A stretch of 60,438 nt of DNA, the filler included. It is 5 parts of 5 records of this genome, joined end to end, with 100 filler letters (N's around TTAATTAATTAA, not from the genome) between each part and the next. Parts side by side here need not be neighbours in the genome. Positions count along the whole stretch, not along the records: positions 28,705 to 44,701 come from SRR20825006_2109; positions 44,802 to 60,438 come from SRR20825006_2110; 3 more parts are not named here. The stretch is one strand, 5' to 3'. Under the pieces are notes generated by a model. It did not search any database, was not told the DNA's origin, and worked only from the letters and a program-made list of their open reading frames with translations. Shown here one piece after another: positions 37,977 through 48,697 of the stretch. Each line of letters begins with the position of its first letter. The first letter of the stretch is position 1. The position numbers and the translations under genes were made by a program.

Positions 37977-39521
37977 TCAGGCCTCCACTGCTGCGGCTTG
38001 ACGGTATTTTTCTTGGAGGGGTTTTTTATACATTTTCCCGTTGTCCTTCCTCGGTAACTGCGCCTCAAAGAAAAACTCCTTCGGGCACTTCAATGCCGAG
38101 ACAGAGTCACGACACCAGCCTCGCAACCGGTCAGCCAGCTCTGCATTACCAGTGCACCCCTGCTCTGGCTGAACCACCGCGACCACTCGTTCGCCAAACT
38201 CCTCATCTGGAAGCCCAAACACGGCGACATCAGCGACCTCTGGGTGAGCAATCAGGGTATTCTCCACTTCTTGAGGATAGATGTTCACTCCACCTGAAAT
38301 AATCATAAAGTCGCGGCGATCGGCCAGATAGAGATAACCCTCGTCATCGACATAGCCCATATCACCAACCGTAGCCCAGCCCTCGCGGTGGTGAGCGCCA
38401 GCGGTCTTCTCCGGTTCATTGTGGTATTCAAAGTCGCCAAAGCCAGAGAAGTAAATCATCCCGGTTTCGCCGCAGGGCAATTCATTGCCATCGTCATCGA
38501 CGATGTGTACCTCGCCCATCAGAGACTGGCCCACTGAGCCAGGGTGTGCGAGCCACTGCGCGCTATCAATGGCGGTCATGCCAATACCTTCACTGGCGGC
38601 GTAATACTCGTTGATAATCGGCCCCCACCATTCGATCATCTTGCGCTTCACATCAGCGGGACACGGCGCCGCCGCATGCGTCGCCGCCTTCAAGGAGCTG
38701 AGATCGTATTTGCTGCGCACCGCTTCAGGCAGTTTCAGCAGGCGGATAAACATAATGGGTACCCACTGACTGCAATCCACACGGTATTTTTCGATCGCTT
38801 GAAGCGACAGCTCTGGGTCAAAACCGTCCATCATTACCACCGTACCGCCCAGGGCCATTGCCGCCATAACGCTGTGCATGGGGGCCGCGTGGTAAAGCGG
38901 CGCCGGCGTCAGATACGTCGACTCACTATTAATCCCCAGGAACGCAGCAATACCCTGCATAACGGCTGGCACCTCGTCAAAGGTTTGCTCGGGTAGGCTG
39001 GGTTTAATGCCTTTTGGCTGGCCGGTCGTTCCCGAAGAGTACAGCATCGGAACCCCCGCACATTGCTGCGCTAGTGGTACCGACGGACACTCGGCCATCG
39101 CCGCTTGCAGGGAGTCAAAATTGGGCGCCTCACCAGTGCTGATAAACCAGTGCTGTACGGCCGGCAATGCCGACCTGTCTAGTTGCTGCGCCGTTTCAAG
39201 GTAGCGAGGTGAACAGATAAACAGCTTGGCCCCTGAATTTTCCAGGATGTACGCCACTTCGGCAGGCCGCAAATGACTGTGCAGTGGCGTGAACACCAAG
39301 CCGCTGCGCTGGGCTGCCCAGGCAATTTGAAGAAAGCAGTGGCTATTTTCCATTTGATAGGCAATGTGGTCCCCGGCACGTAAACCGCGGCTGTAAAACA
39401 GTTGGGCGAGCTGGTTGGACTGGGCATCCAACTCGGCATAAGTCATCACCTCACCCGTGTTGGCAAGGATACAGGCGGCTTTTTGCGGTTGTTTCTGGGC
39501 GTGAAATTGCGGGTGCTGCAC
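37977..39521 (-). CDS. Acyl-CoA synthetase (AMP-forming)
   Basis: LYSSGTTGQPKG, YAASE, GDMGY.D and IISGGVNIYPQEVE; GTG start after GGAG. Confidence 0.93.
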   Translation of the reverse strand: MQHPQFHAQKQPQKAACILANTGEVMTYAELDAQSNQLAQLFYSRGLRAGDHIAYQMENSHCFLQIAWAAQRSGLVFTPLHSHLRPAEVAYILENSGAKLFICSPRYLETAQQLDRSALPAVQHWFISTGEAPNFDSLQAAMAECPSVPLAQQCAGVPMLYSSGTTGQPKGIKPSLPEQTFDEVPAVMQGIAAFLGINSESTYLTPAPLYHAAPMHSVMAAMALGGTVVMMDGFDPELSLQAIEKYRVDCSQWVPIMFIRLLKLPEAVRSKYDLSSLKAATHAAAPCPADVKRKMIEWWGPIINEYYAASEGIGMTAIDSAQWLAHPGSVGQSLMGEVHIVDDDGNELPCGETGMIYFSGFGDFEYHNEPEKTAGAHHREGWATVGDMGYVDDEGYLYLADRRDFMIISGGVNIYPQEVENTLIAHPEVADVAVFGLPDEEFGERVVAVVQPEQGCTGNAELADRLRGWCRDSVSALKCPKEFFFEAQLPRKDNGKMYKKPLQEKYRQAAAVEA

Positions 39522-39728
39522 GATAGTCACTCCATAAAAATTATTATTGTTTTCGCTCACTACTTTTCTAAGTAGCTTGCTGACGATAAGCGCGCAGCGC
39601 TCTGGGATCAAGCCTTGCTCATACCAAAAACACGAGCCAAGACAAGCGGGAATGCGCGGCCATTGTTGTCAGTGAACACATTACCTATACTGGCAAGCAC
39701 AATGTATTCAAACACAGGGAATCGGCAA

Positions 39729-40532
39729 ATGAGCGCTTTTGACCAACTCATGGCAGCGGTGCGAGGCAGCGACGGCCTTTACACAGCAAATGTTGACGAA
39801 AGCTGGCTGCAGGGCCGCACCGCATTTGGGGGGCTTAGTAGTGCCCTGATCGCCCAAGCCATGCGCAGTGAGATAGAGCCAGCCCGCCGCTTGCGCTCCC
39901 TGGCAGTAAGCTTTGTTGGCCCGGCCCCCGCTGGCAATCACCAAGTGGCACTTCGCCACTTACGCGACGGCGGCTCGGTTACCCACATTCAAGGAGAGCT
40001 GCGCTGTGAGGGTGAAGTGGCTACCGCGATCAATGCGACGTATGGCAAGGATCGTCAATCTGCGGTCGTTGTCGAGGGACCGGCGATGCCGACCTCGATT
40101 CCGGCGCCGCAGGACTGCATGCTACTGCCTTTCATTGACGGCCTGACGCCCGCGTTTACGCAACACTTTGATATGGCGCTCGCCAGCGGTCACCTGCCAT
40201 TATCGGGGGGAGACAGCGCTGATTTTTCACTGTGGCTGCGTTTTCGCGATACCACTGCGCTCACCGAAAGTGCGCTGATTGCCCTGGCAGATGCACCGCC
40301 AATGCCAGGCCTGAATATGATCAAACCGCCTGGGGTTGGCAGTTCGTTGAGCTGGTATTTGGAGTTTCCCAATGCGGTAAGTGCCGGCGATACAGCCGAC
40401 AACTGGTGGTTTATGGACTACCGCAGCCAAGCCGGGAGTAATGGTTACTTTTGCAACTACGCAACAATTTGGTCACCGAGCGGCGTGCCCATAATGTTTA
40501 GCCGCCAAGTCGCTACAGTGTTCGAGAAGTAA
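39729..40532 (+). CDS. Double-hotdog acyl-CoA thioesterase family protein
   Basis: WLQGRTAFGGL, LIALADA.P and SRQ. Confidence 0.85.
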   Translation: MSAFDQLMAAVRGSDGLYTANVDESWLQGRTAFGGLSSALIAQAMRSEIEPARRLRSLAVSFVGPAPAGNHQVALRHLRDGGSVTHIQGELRCEGEVATAINATYGKDRQSAVVVEGPAMPTSIPAPQDCMLLPFIDGLTPAFTQHFDMALASGHLPLSGGDSADFSLWLRFRDTTALTESALIALADAPPMPGLNMIKPPGVGSSLSWYLEFPNAVSAGDTADNWWFMDYRSQAGSNGYFCNYATIWSPSGVPIMFSRQVATVFEK

Positions 40533-40611
40533 TGGCGTAGGCCAGTAGAGTCGTAACCAGAAGAAAAAGAGCGAGCCTGTCACACATGGCAGACTCGCAT
40601 TGAGTCGTTAT

Positions 40612-41052
40612 TTACGGCTGAGTGTTCTGAATGCTCTGTGCCGAATGGTCTTTAAAGTAAAGACGAAATGGCACGTTGCGCTGCTTGCCCAGATAGATGT
40701 AAAAACCGTAGCGGTCGTTGGCATAGTCCTGAACGAACTCATAGCGAGGGCTGATCGCTGGTGCCTCCGGGTCAACCCGAGGGGCAGTAACCAGCACTTC
40801 CTCTATCTCGGTTGGCGGTTGATCGCCCGATGCCGGTAGCGACACCAGTACACGATATTCTGTCTTGCCGGGGACATTCTCCACCGCCTCAACGCGCGCA
40901 CCCGAGACCGTATCAATAAATCCTACCTGGCTTTCAATAATACCGCTTTGTCGTGAAACCGTTTGTGCCGACGGCTGCGGCTGAGCGCAGGCGGTAACTG
41001 CCACCCCCAGCAACAGTAAACCGGCGCAAGACAAGCTATGACGCATAGACAT
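40612..41052 (-). CDS. Hypothetical lipoprotein with an internal TonB-box-like motif
   Basis: Lipobox V-T-A-C22 and EIEEVLVTAPR. Confidence 0.7.
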   Translation of the reverse strand: MSMRHSLSCAGLLLLGVAVTACAQPQPSAQTVSRQSGIIESQVGFIDTVSGARVEAVENVPGKTEYRVLVSLPASGDQPPTEIEEVLVTAPRVDPEAPAISPRYEFVQDYANDRYGFYIYLGKQRNVPFRLYFKDHSAQSIQNTQP

Positions 41053-41141
41053 GGGCGCATTCCTTTTTATACCGATAATGCGGGAATGCTAACACCTGGC
41101 CAAAGGAATAACAGCCAGCTATTTGCGTTCCCACGCTATCG

Positions 41142-42278
41142 CTAGGCGCAAAAAGCCTCGCCCACGGCTATTTTGCTGCCCAGCGCGGCAAGGCTGCGCG
41201 CGGAGCTACCCAGCATCATTTCGTTGTGACGCAACCACGTACAGTAGCGCCACAGCGGGTAGTCGCGGTCAATGCCCGTGCCACCGTGCAAGTGCTGGGC
41301 GGCGTAGCTAACCCGATGACCAACATCCCCTGCCCACACTTTCGCAATCGCCACTTCGACACTCGCGTCGACACCATCGTCGAGACGACTGATCGCCTGA
41401 TAGCAATTCAAACGCAGGCATTCCACGTCGATAAAACAATTAGCCGCGCGGTGGCCCACTGCCTGAAATGTCGCAATCGGCACGCCAAACTGCTGGCGCT
41501 CGGCCGTGTAAGACGCGGTCATCCGCATCGCTTTATCACTGGCACCAAGTTGATGCGCGCACAATGCTGCCGTCGTATGCTCGGCGACCGAAGCGAGCAA
41601 CTGCTGCGCCTGCTCCCCGCGGGCCAGAATATTCTCTGCGCCCACGCGCACATTACTGAGCGTCAGCCGGTATTGTGGCTCGTAAGTCGTCACTTCCATC
41701 GCTTCAAGCGCAACACCCTCTGCCTGACGAGGCAGCATTACAACAACGGCCCCGTCACCGTCGGTCGCGGCCAGCAGTACATAGTCAGCTTGCGCCGCAA
41801 AGGGAACGCAGAGCTTCTCACCGCTGATCAGCACCGCCTCGCCGTCAGCCCGCGCACTGCATACACGCGGCTGAGTGGGGTCCTCATTGTTCGCTTCCAT
41901 CAACGCGGCTGTGAGCAACTGTTCACCGCTCACCACTCCGGGCAGTAAGCGCTGCTTTTGCTCGGCACTGCCGAATTGCTGCACCGGCATCGCCGCCGAA
42001 ATACAGTGAGAAATAAATGGCAGCGGAGCAATATTTCGCCCGACTTCTTCTGCAATCAGGGCCGCTTCAAAAAAACCGAAGCCCATACCGCCATATTGCT
42101 CTTCAATGGCAACACCCAGCAGCCCCGCCTGAGCAACCTGCTGCCATAGTTCGCGGTCAAAACGCTCCGCCGCGTAGCTGTCGTACTTGGCGAGCTTTTC
42201 CGCTGTTACCTGTTCGCCGAGAATTTCGCGCGCAAGGTTTTGCACATCGCGCTGCTGTTCTGAAAGTCCGAAATCCAT
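41142..42278 (-). CDS. Acyl-CoA dehydrogenase, FadE27/ChsE5-like subunit
   Basis: RFDRELW, ERQQFGVPIATFQAV and HLHGGTGID.DYPL.RY; lacks the C-terminal GGTNE motif. Confidence 0.85.
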   Translation of the reverse strand: MDFGLSEQQRDVQNLAREILGEQVTAEKLAKYDSYAAERFDRELWQQVAQAGLLGVAIEEQYGGMGFGFFEAALIAEEVGRNIAPLPFISHCISAAMPVQQFGSAEQKQRLLPGVVSGEQLLTAALMEANNEDPTQPRVCSARADGEAVLISGEKLCVPFAAQADYVLLAATDGDGAVVVMLPRQAEGVALEAMEVTTYEPQYRLTLSNVRVGAENILARGEQAQQLLASVAEHTTAALCAHQLGASDKAMRMTASYTAERQQFGVPIATFQAVGHRAANCFIDVECLRLNCYQAISRLDDGVDASVEVAIAKVWAGDVGHRVSYAAQHLHGGTGIDRDYPLWRYCTWLRHNEMMLGSSARSLAALGSKIAVGEAFCA

Positions 42279-42329
42279 AACTGTTTTCTCTCTATTCGTT
42301 CACTCTTCGCCGGGGTAAACACGACGCAT

Positions 42330-43517
42330 CTAGCGCGATGCCCGGGGCATCCACAAACCGGCGGCGGAAATGATGTCACGCTGAATTTCGTTGGTGCCGC
42401 CACCAAACGTAATAATTGATGCCGTGCGATACAGGCGCTCAATTCGCGATGCGATGGGGTCGGCACCCGGCGTGCGACGATTAATCAGTGACGCTTGGCC
42501 AATGACCTCGCCCAACAGGCGATACACCTCGATGAAAAACTCAGACCCGTAGACTTTCGCCGCTGAGGCATCGGCCATATCCAGCTGGCCTTCGGTCATT
42601 GCCCACGCCTGCTTGTAGCACACCAGTTTAAGTGCCTCGACACCGGCACGGACTTTCGCCAGGTTGATCTGCACCCAGGGTTGGTCGATGATTTTTCCAC
42701 CCTCGGGCAGGTCAGTTTGCTGGGCCCACCGCACTACGTTATTAAACATTTCTGCAGTGGGTCCAAAGTTCACCAAACTGAGACGCTCGCGGTTCAGCTG
42801 GCTGGTAATCAGCTTCCAGCCCGCGTTTTCCTCGCCCACCAGCGCGTCGTCATTCACGCGAATATTGTCGTAGTAGGTTGCGTTGGTGCGCACGCCACCC
42901 AAGGTGACCACCGGACTGCACGACCAGCCTGGATCGTTAGTGGGCACCAAAAACATGGAAATACCTTTGTGCGGTTTCGCTGCGTCGGGATCCGTTCGGC
43001 AGGCAAGCCAAACGTAGTCGCAAAAATGCGCGAGGCTGGTCCACATTTTTTGACCGTTGATCAGCCAGCCGTCGCCGTCGCGCACCGCCGATGTTTTCAA
43101 ACTCGCCAGATCGGTGCCGGCGCCCGGCTCGGAGTAGCCAATCGCAATCAAACATTCACCGGCGAGGATCTTGGGTACGATCTCTCTCTTCTGCCATTCA
43201 TTACCGTGCTCGGCCAGCTGCGGCCCGACCGACTCGGTTGTCAGGAATGGGAAGGGGTAACCCGCGCGCATGACTTCTTCTACGAAAATAAACTGCTCGA
43301 TGGGGCTCATACCGCGACCACCGAGCTCTTTTGGCCAGCCAACACCTATCCAGCCATCGCGCCCCATTTGCTTGAGCGCCTCGCGCCATAGCGGGCCACC
43401 GCCCTCTCCCATGCTCTCGTCGCACTCGGCCTTGAGCTCCGGCGTCATCAATGCCTCGAAATACGCGCGTAATTCTTTGCGCAGCGCATTCTGCTCTGCG
43501 CTAAACTCAACTTTCAT
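42330..43517 (-). CDS. Acyl-CoA dehydrogenase, FadE26/ChsE4-like subunit
   Basis: LR.ELRAYF..LMTPE, IGYSEPGAGTDLASL, QLNRER and TFGGGTNEIQRDII. Confidence 0.88.
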   Translation of the reverse strand: MKVEFSAEQNALRKELRAYFEALMTPELKAECDESMGEGGGPLWREALKQMGRDGWIGVGWPKELGGRGMSPIEQFIFVEEVMRAGYPFPFLTTESVGPQLAEHGNEWQKREIVPKILAGECLIAIGYSEPGAGTDLASLKTSAVRDGDGWLINGQKMWTSLAHFCDYVWLACRTDPDAAKPHKGISMFLVPTNDPGWSCSPVVTLGGVRTNATYYDNIRVNDDALVGEENAGWKLITSQLNRERLSLVNFGPTAEMFNNVVRWAQQTDLPEGGKIIDQPWVQINLAKVRAGVEALKLVCYKQAWAMTEGQLDMADASAAKVYGSEFFIEVYRLLGEVIGQASLINRRTPGADPIASRIERLYRTASIITFGGGTNEIQRDIISAAGLWMPRASR

Positions 43518-43765
43518 TGTTGCCTTCCTCTGTGTCGCCGCCAGTCGTTGGCAGTTTTGGTTGACGCTTGTCACCATAATAAGCGGCCGGGTCACTGCGA
43601 CAATTGCAAAAGCCGTCACCCACATGACATATGCGTTCATAACGCCTTTACGCTGCCACTCAACCATTCAGACGATAGCTCGCGCCAGCAACACTTGCGA
43701 TCATTTGCGGCTGTTTACCCCTCACTCAATGGTGCCAAGGTTGCACCCTCAAGCGGAGATTCGGC

Positions 43766-44200
43766 ATGAGTGACAAGCCTGTACAGGCGGCAATCGAAGG
43801 TTGGTATACCCTCGATACTGATACGCCCCACCTTATCGGCGCAAAGTGCGACGACTGCGGCACCTACTACTTCCCCAAAAATTTGTCCTTCTGTCGCAAC
43901 CCCAACTGCGAAGGCGAGACATTTAGCGAGGTACAGCTCAGTCGCACCGGAAAAATTTGGTCCTACACCGATGCGTGCTACAAGCCACCCGAGCCCTTTG
44001 TCGCCGAAGAGCCCTTCGTTCCCTACGGCATTGCCGCAGTGGAACTGGAAAAAGAACAGATGATCATTCTGGGACAAACGGTCAAAGGCGTCGGCCCCAA
44101 AGACCTGAAAGTCGGCCAGGAAGTCGAATTGGTATTAGAAACACTGCACGAAGACGACGAGTCGGTAAAAATTACTTGGAAGTGGAAGCCACTGGGCTGA
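43766..44200 (+). CDS. DUF35 Zn-ribbon/OB-fold protein
   Basis: CDDCG.YYFP...CRNPNC, G.IWSYT and PYGIAAVEL. Confidence 0.9.
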   Translation: MSDKPVQAAIEGWYTLDTDTPHLIGAKCDDCGTYYFPKNLSFCRNPNCEGETFSEVQLSRTGKIWSYTDACYKPPEPFVAEEPFVPYGIAAVELEKEQMIILGQTVKGVGPKDLKVGQEVELVLETLHEDDESVKITWKWKPLG

Positions 44201-44228
44201 GCCGCAGACTCGATGACGGGAGAATTCA

Positions 44229-44701
44229 ATGAGTAACGATATCGCCATCTTGGGCGTCGGCATGCACCCCTGGGGCAAATGGGGCAAGAACTTCAGCGAG
44301 TACGGCGTGCACGCTGCGCGCGCGGCACTGAAAGACGCCGGCATTCCCTGGCAGGATGTGGGCTTTGTTTCGGGCGCAGCAACCATGCGCTGCGGCTATC
44401 CCGGTTATGTTGCCGGGGCGACCTTCGCCCAGGCATTGGGCTGGCAGGGCGCGCAAGTAAATACGTCTTACGCCGCCTGTGCCTCCGGCTCCCAGGCGCT
44501 CGCCGCCGCACAAGCAAAAATTCTTGCCGGCGAATGCGAAGTTGCCTTAGTTGTCGGCGCCGACACCACCCCCAAGGGCTTCCTCGCGCCGGCCAAAGGC
44601 TACCGCCCGGAAGACCCGGATTGGCTGCGTTTTTACCTGGGAATTACCAACCCCACCTACTTTGCACTGTATGCCCGCCGTCGCATGGATTTGTTTGGCG
44701 A
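44229..44701 (+). CDS. SCP-x/Ltp-type thiolase-like protein (3' truncated)
   Basis: ILGVGMHPWGK, AALKDAG, ACASG and ALVVGAD; paired with DUF35. Confidence 0.85.
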
Positions 44702-44801
44702 NNNNNNNNNNNNNNNNNNNNNNNNNNNNNNNNNNNNNNNNNNNNTTAATTAATTAANNNNNNNNNNNNNNNNNNNNNNNNNNNNNNNNNNNNNNNNNNN
44801 N
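44702..44801. other. Artificial contig linker
   Basis: N44-TTAATTAATTAA-N44. Confidence 0.99.
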
Positions 44802-46685
44802 GCCATCGTGGTGGTCGAAAACGTCGAACGGATCATGGAAGAAGAGGGCCTCAGCCCACGCGAGGCCACGCGCAAATCCATGGATCAGATCACCGGCGCG
44901 CTGATCGGCGTCGCCTTGGTGCTCTCTGCCGTGTTCATTCCGATGGCCTTTTTCGGTGGCTCCACCGGGGTGATTTACCGCCAGTTCTCGATCACCATCG
45001 TCTCGGCCATGTTGCTGTCTGTCGTTGTGGCTTTGACCCTGACGCCCGCGCTTTGCGCCACCTTGTTGCGTGGCAAAGACGCCCATCACACCAAACGCGG
45101 CCCCTTTGGCCTGTTCAACCGGATGTTTGAAAAAATCACCGGCGGCTATGGCGCAACCGTAGGCTATACGGTGCGGCGTCCACTGCGCATGTTGATGATT
45201 TATGCCGTCATGGGCGGTGGCATTGTGTGGTTGTTCCTGCAAACCCCCACTGGCTTTTTGCCCGATGAGGATCAGGGCATCATGTTGGCGCTGGTGCAAG
45301 GTCCGGCGGGGTCCACCGCCGAAAACACCGCCAAAGCCAACATGCAAATCCAGGAGTATTTCCTCAACGCCGAAAAAGAGGCCGTGGATTCAATCTTTAC
45401 CATTGTCGGCTTCTCCTTTGCCGGTGCCGGACAAAACAATGGTTTGGCCTTTGTGCGCCTGAAAGATTGGGAAGACCGTCCAAGCCCGGCGCAATCGGTT
45501 CAGGCCATCGCAGGCCGTGCCTATGGTGCCTTCATGGGCATCCAGGAAGCCATGGCTTTCCCGATCGTGCCACCTGCGGTCACCGAGCTTGGCAACGTTT
45601 CGGGCTTTGACTTTTACCTGCAGGCCCCCGGCGGCCAGCCCCATGAACAACTCCTGGAAGCCCGCAACATGTTGCTGGGAATGGCGGCGCAAAGCCCGCT
45701 GATCGCCTCCGCGCGCCCCTCGGGTCTTGAGGATGCGACCCAGTTCAAACTGGACATCGACTGGCGCGCTGCGGGCGCGATGGGCGTATCTCCCACCAAT
45801 GTCGGCAACACGCTTTCGATTGCCATGGCCGGGACCTACGTCAACGATTTCGATGACAATGGCAAAACCAAACGCGTCTATGTCCAAGGCGAAGCCGGTG
45901 CCCGCGCCACCCCGACCGATTTGCAAAAATGGCGGGTCCGCAACAGCACCGGCGATCTTGTGGCCTTTTCCAACTTCGCCTCTGAACGTTGGGTCTATGG
46001 TCCGCAGGGTCTGAACCGCTACAACGGCATCCCCGCGATGCAGATCCAGGGCTCCCCCGCCCCCGGTGTCTCCACCGGCGAAGCCATGGCGGAAATCGAG
46101 CGTCTGGTTGGCAACCTGCCGCCGGGATTTGCCGTGGCCTGGACCGGTCTGTCGCTGGAAGAACGCGACTCCGGCTCGCAAGCGCCGATGCTCTATGCGC
46201 TCTCTTTGGCCGCGATCTTCTTTTGTCTTGCGGCGCTTTATGAAAGCTGGGCGATCCCGTTCTCGGTCATGTTGGCCCTGCCTGTCGGTATCTTGGGCAC
46301 GCTGTCCACGGCCTATCTGTTCAACTTCCAAAACGGCGTGTTCTTTCAGGTTGGCCTGTTGACCGTGATCGGTCTGACCGGGAAAAACGCCATTTTGATC
46401 GTGGAATTCGCCCGCGAACAATATGACGCCGGGGCCAATGTGATCGACGCGGTGCTGACCGCCGCGCGCCAGCGTTTCCGCCCGATCATCATGACCTCGC
46501 TGGCCTTCTCCTTGGGGGTTGTGCCACTTGTCCTGTCCTCGGGCGCAGGCTCCGGTGGCCGCCGCGCGGTTGGCTCCGCGGTTCTGGGCGGGACGATCTC
46601 CGGCACAGTGTTTGGTATCATCTTCGTGCCGCTGTTCTTCGTGCTGGTGATGAAACTCTTTGGCCGTAAAAAACCCGCCGCCTAA
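44802..46685 (+). CDS. HAE1 RND efflux permease, AcrB/MexB-like (5' truncated)
   Basis: AIVVVENVER, AVFIPMAF, LP.EDQG, LAALYESW, KNAILIVEF and RFRPIIMTS. Confidence 0.95.
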   Translation, partial: AIVVVENVERIMEEEGLSPREATRKSMDQITGALIGVALVLSAVFIPMAFFGGSTGVIYRQFSITIVSAMLLSVVVALTLTPALCATLLRGKDAHHTKRGPFGLFNRMFEKITGGYGATVGYTVRRPLRMLMIYAVMGGGIVWLFLQTPTGFLPDEDQGIMLALVQGPAGSTAENTAKANMQIQEYFLNAEKEAVDSIFTIVGFSFAGAGQNNGLAFVRLKDWEDRPSPAQSVQAIAGRAYGAFMGIQEAMAFPIVPPAVTELGNVSGFDFYLQAPGGQPHEQLLEARNMLLGMAAQSPLIASARPSGLEDATQFKLDIDWRAAGAMGVSPTNVGNTLSIAMAGTYVNDFDDNGKTKRVYVQGEAGARATPTDLQKWRVRNSTGDLVAFSNFASERWVYGPQGLNRYNGIPAMQIQGSPAPGVSTGEAMAEIERLVGNLPPGFAVAWTGLSLEERDSGSQAPMLYALSLAAIFFCLAALYESWAIPFSVMLALPVGILGTLSTAYLFNFQNGVFFQVGLLTVIGLTGKNAILIVEFAREQYDAGANVIDAVLTAARQRFRPIIMTSLAFSLGVVPLVLSSGAGSGGRRAVGSAVLGGTISGTVFGIIFVPLFFVLVMKLFGRKKPAA

Positions 46686-46703
46686 GGCTCAGGCGACACA
46701 CAG

Positions 46704-47030
46704 ATATGAAAACGGCCGGGCTTAAACCCCGGCCGTTTTGGTTCTCTAGGTGGACTCACGCCCCCCTACATCCCCTTCACCACCATCTCCCTCACCTTCA
46801 CCGCCTTCTCAAAATGATCCAACTGGTGGGTTTTAATCCACCATTCTGCCGCCTCCATCAGCGTCTCGGGGTCGTCGTTTCTATTGGCGAAAAACGCATA
46901 AAACGACAGGCCGACCCCCTCGCCTTTTTGGGCAATTTTGGCGTCACATGTGGCGATGATTTTGGCGCGAAGTGTTTGTCGCATTCTCTGCCCTTTCATA
47001 TGAAAACGGCCGGGAACGCGCCCCGGCCGT
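46704..47030. repeat. Two direct copies of a 33-bp hairpin element flanking a small gene
   Basis: ATATGAAAACGGCCGGG-N6-CCCCGGCCGT at 46704-46736 and 46998-47030; only the 6-nt loop differs. Confidence 0.88.
46766..46984 (-). CDS. Small protein, DUF6500-like (72 aa)
   Basis: MRQTLRAKII..CD.KI..KG..VGLSFYAFFAN.NDDPE.LMEAA.WWI..H.LDHFEKA. Confidence 0.75.
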   Translation of the reverse strand: MRQTLRAKIIATCDAKIAQKGEGVGLSFYAFFANRNDDPETLMEAAEWWIKTHQLDHFEKAVKVREMVVKGM

Positions 47031-47053
47031 GTATTGCGCAACTCTTGCGCGGT

Positions 47054-48697
<1,644 letters not shown>

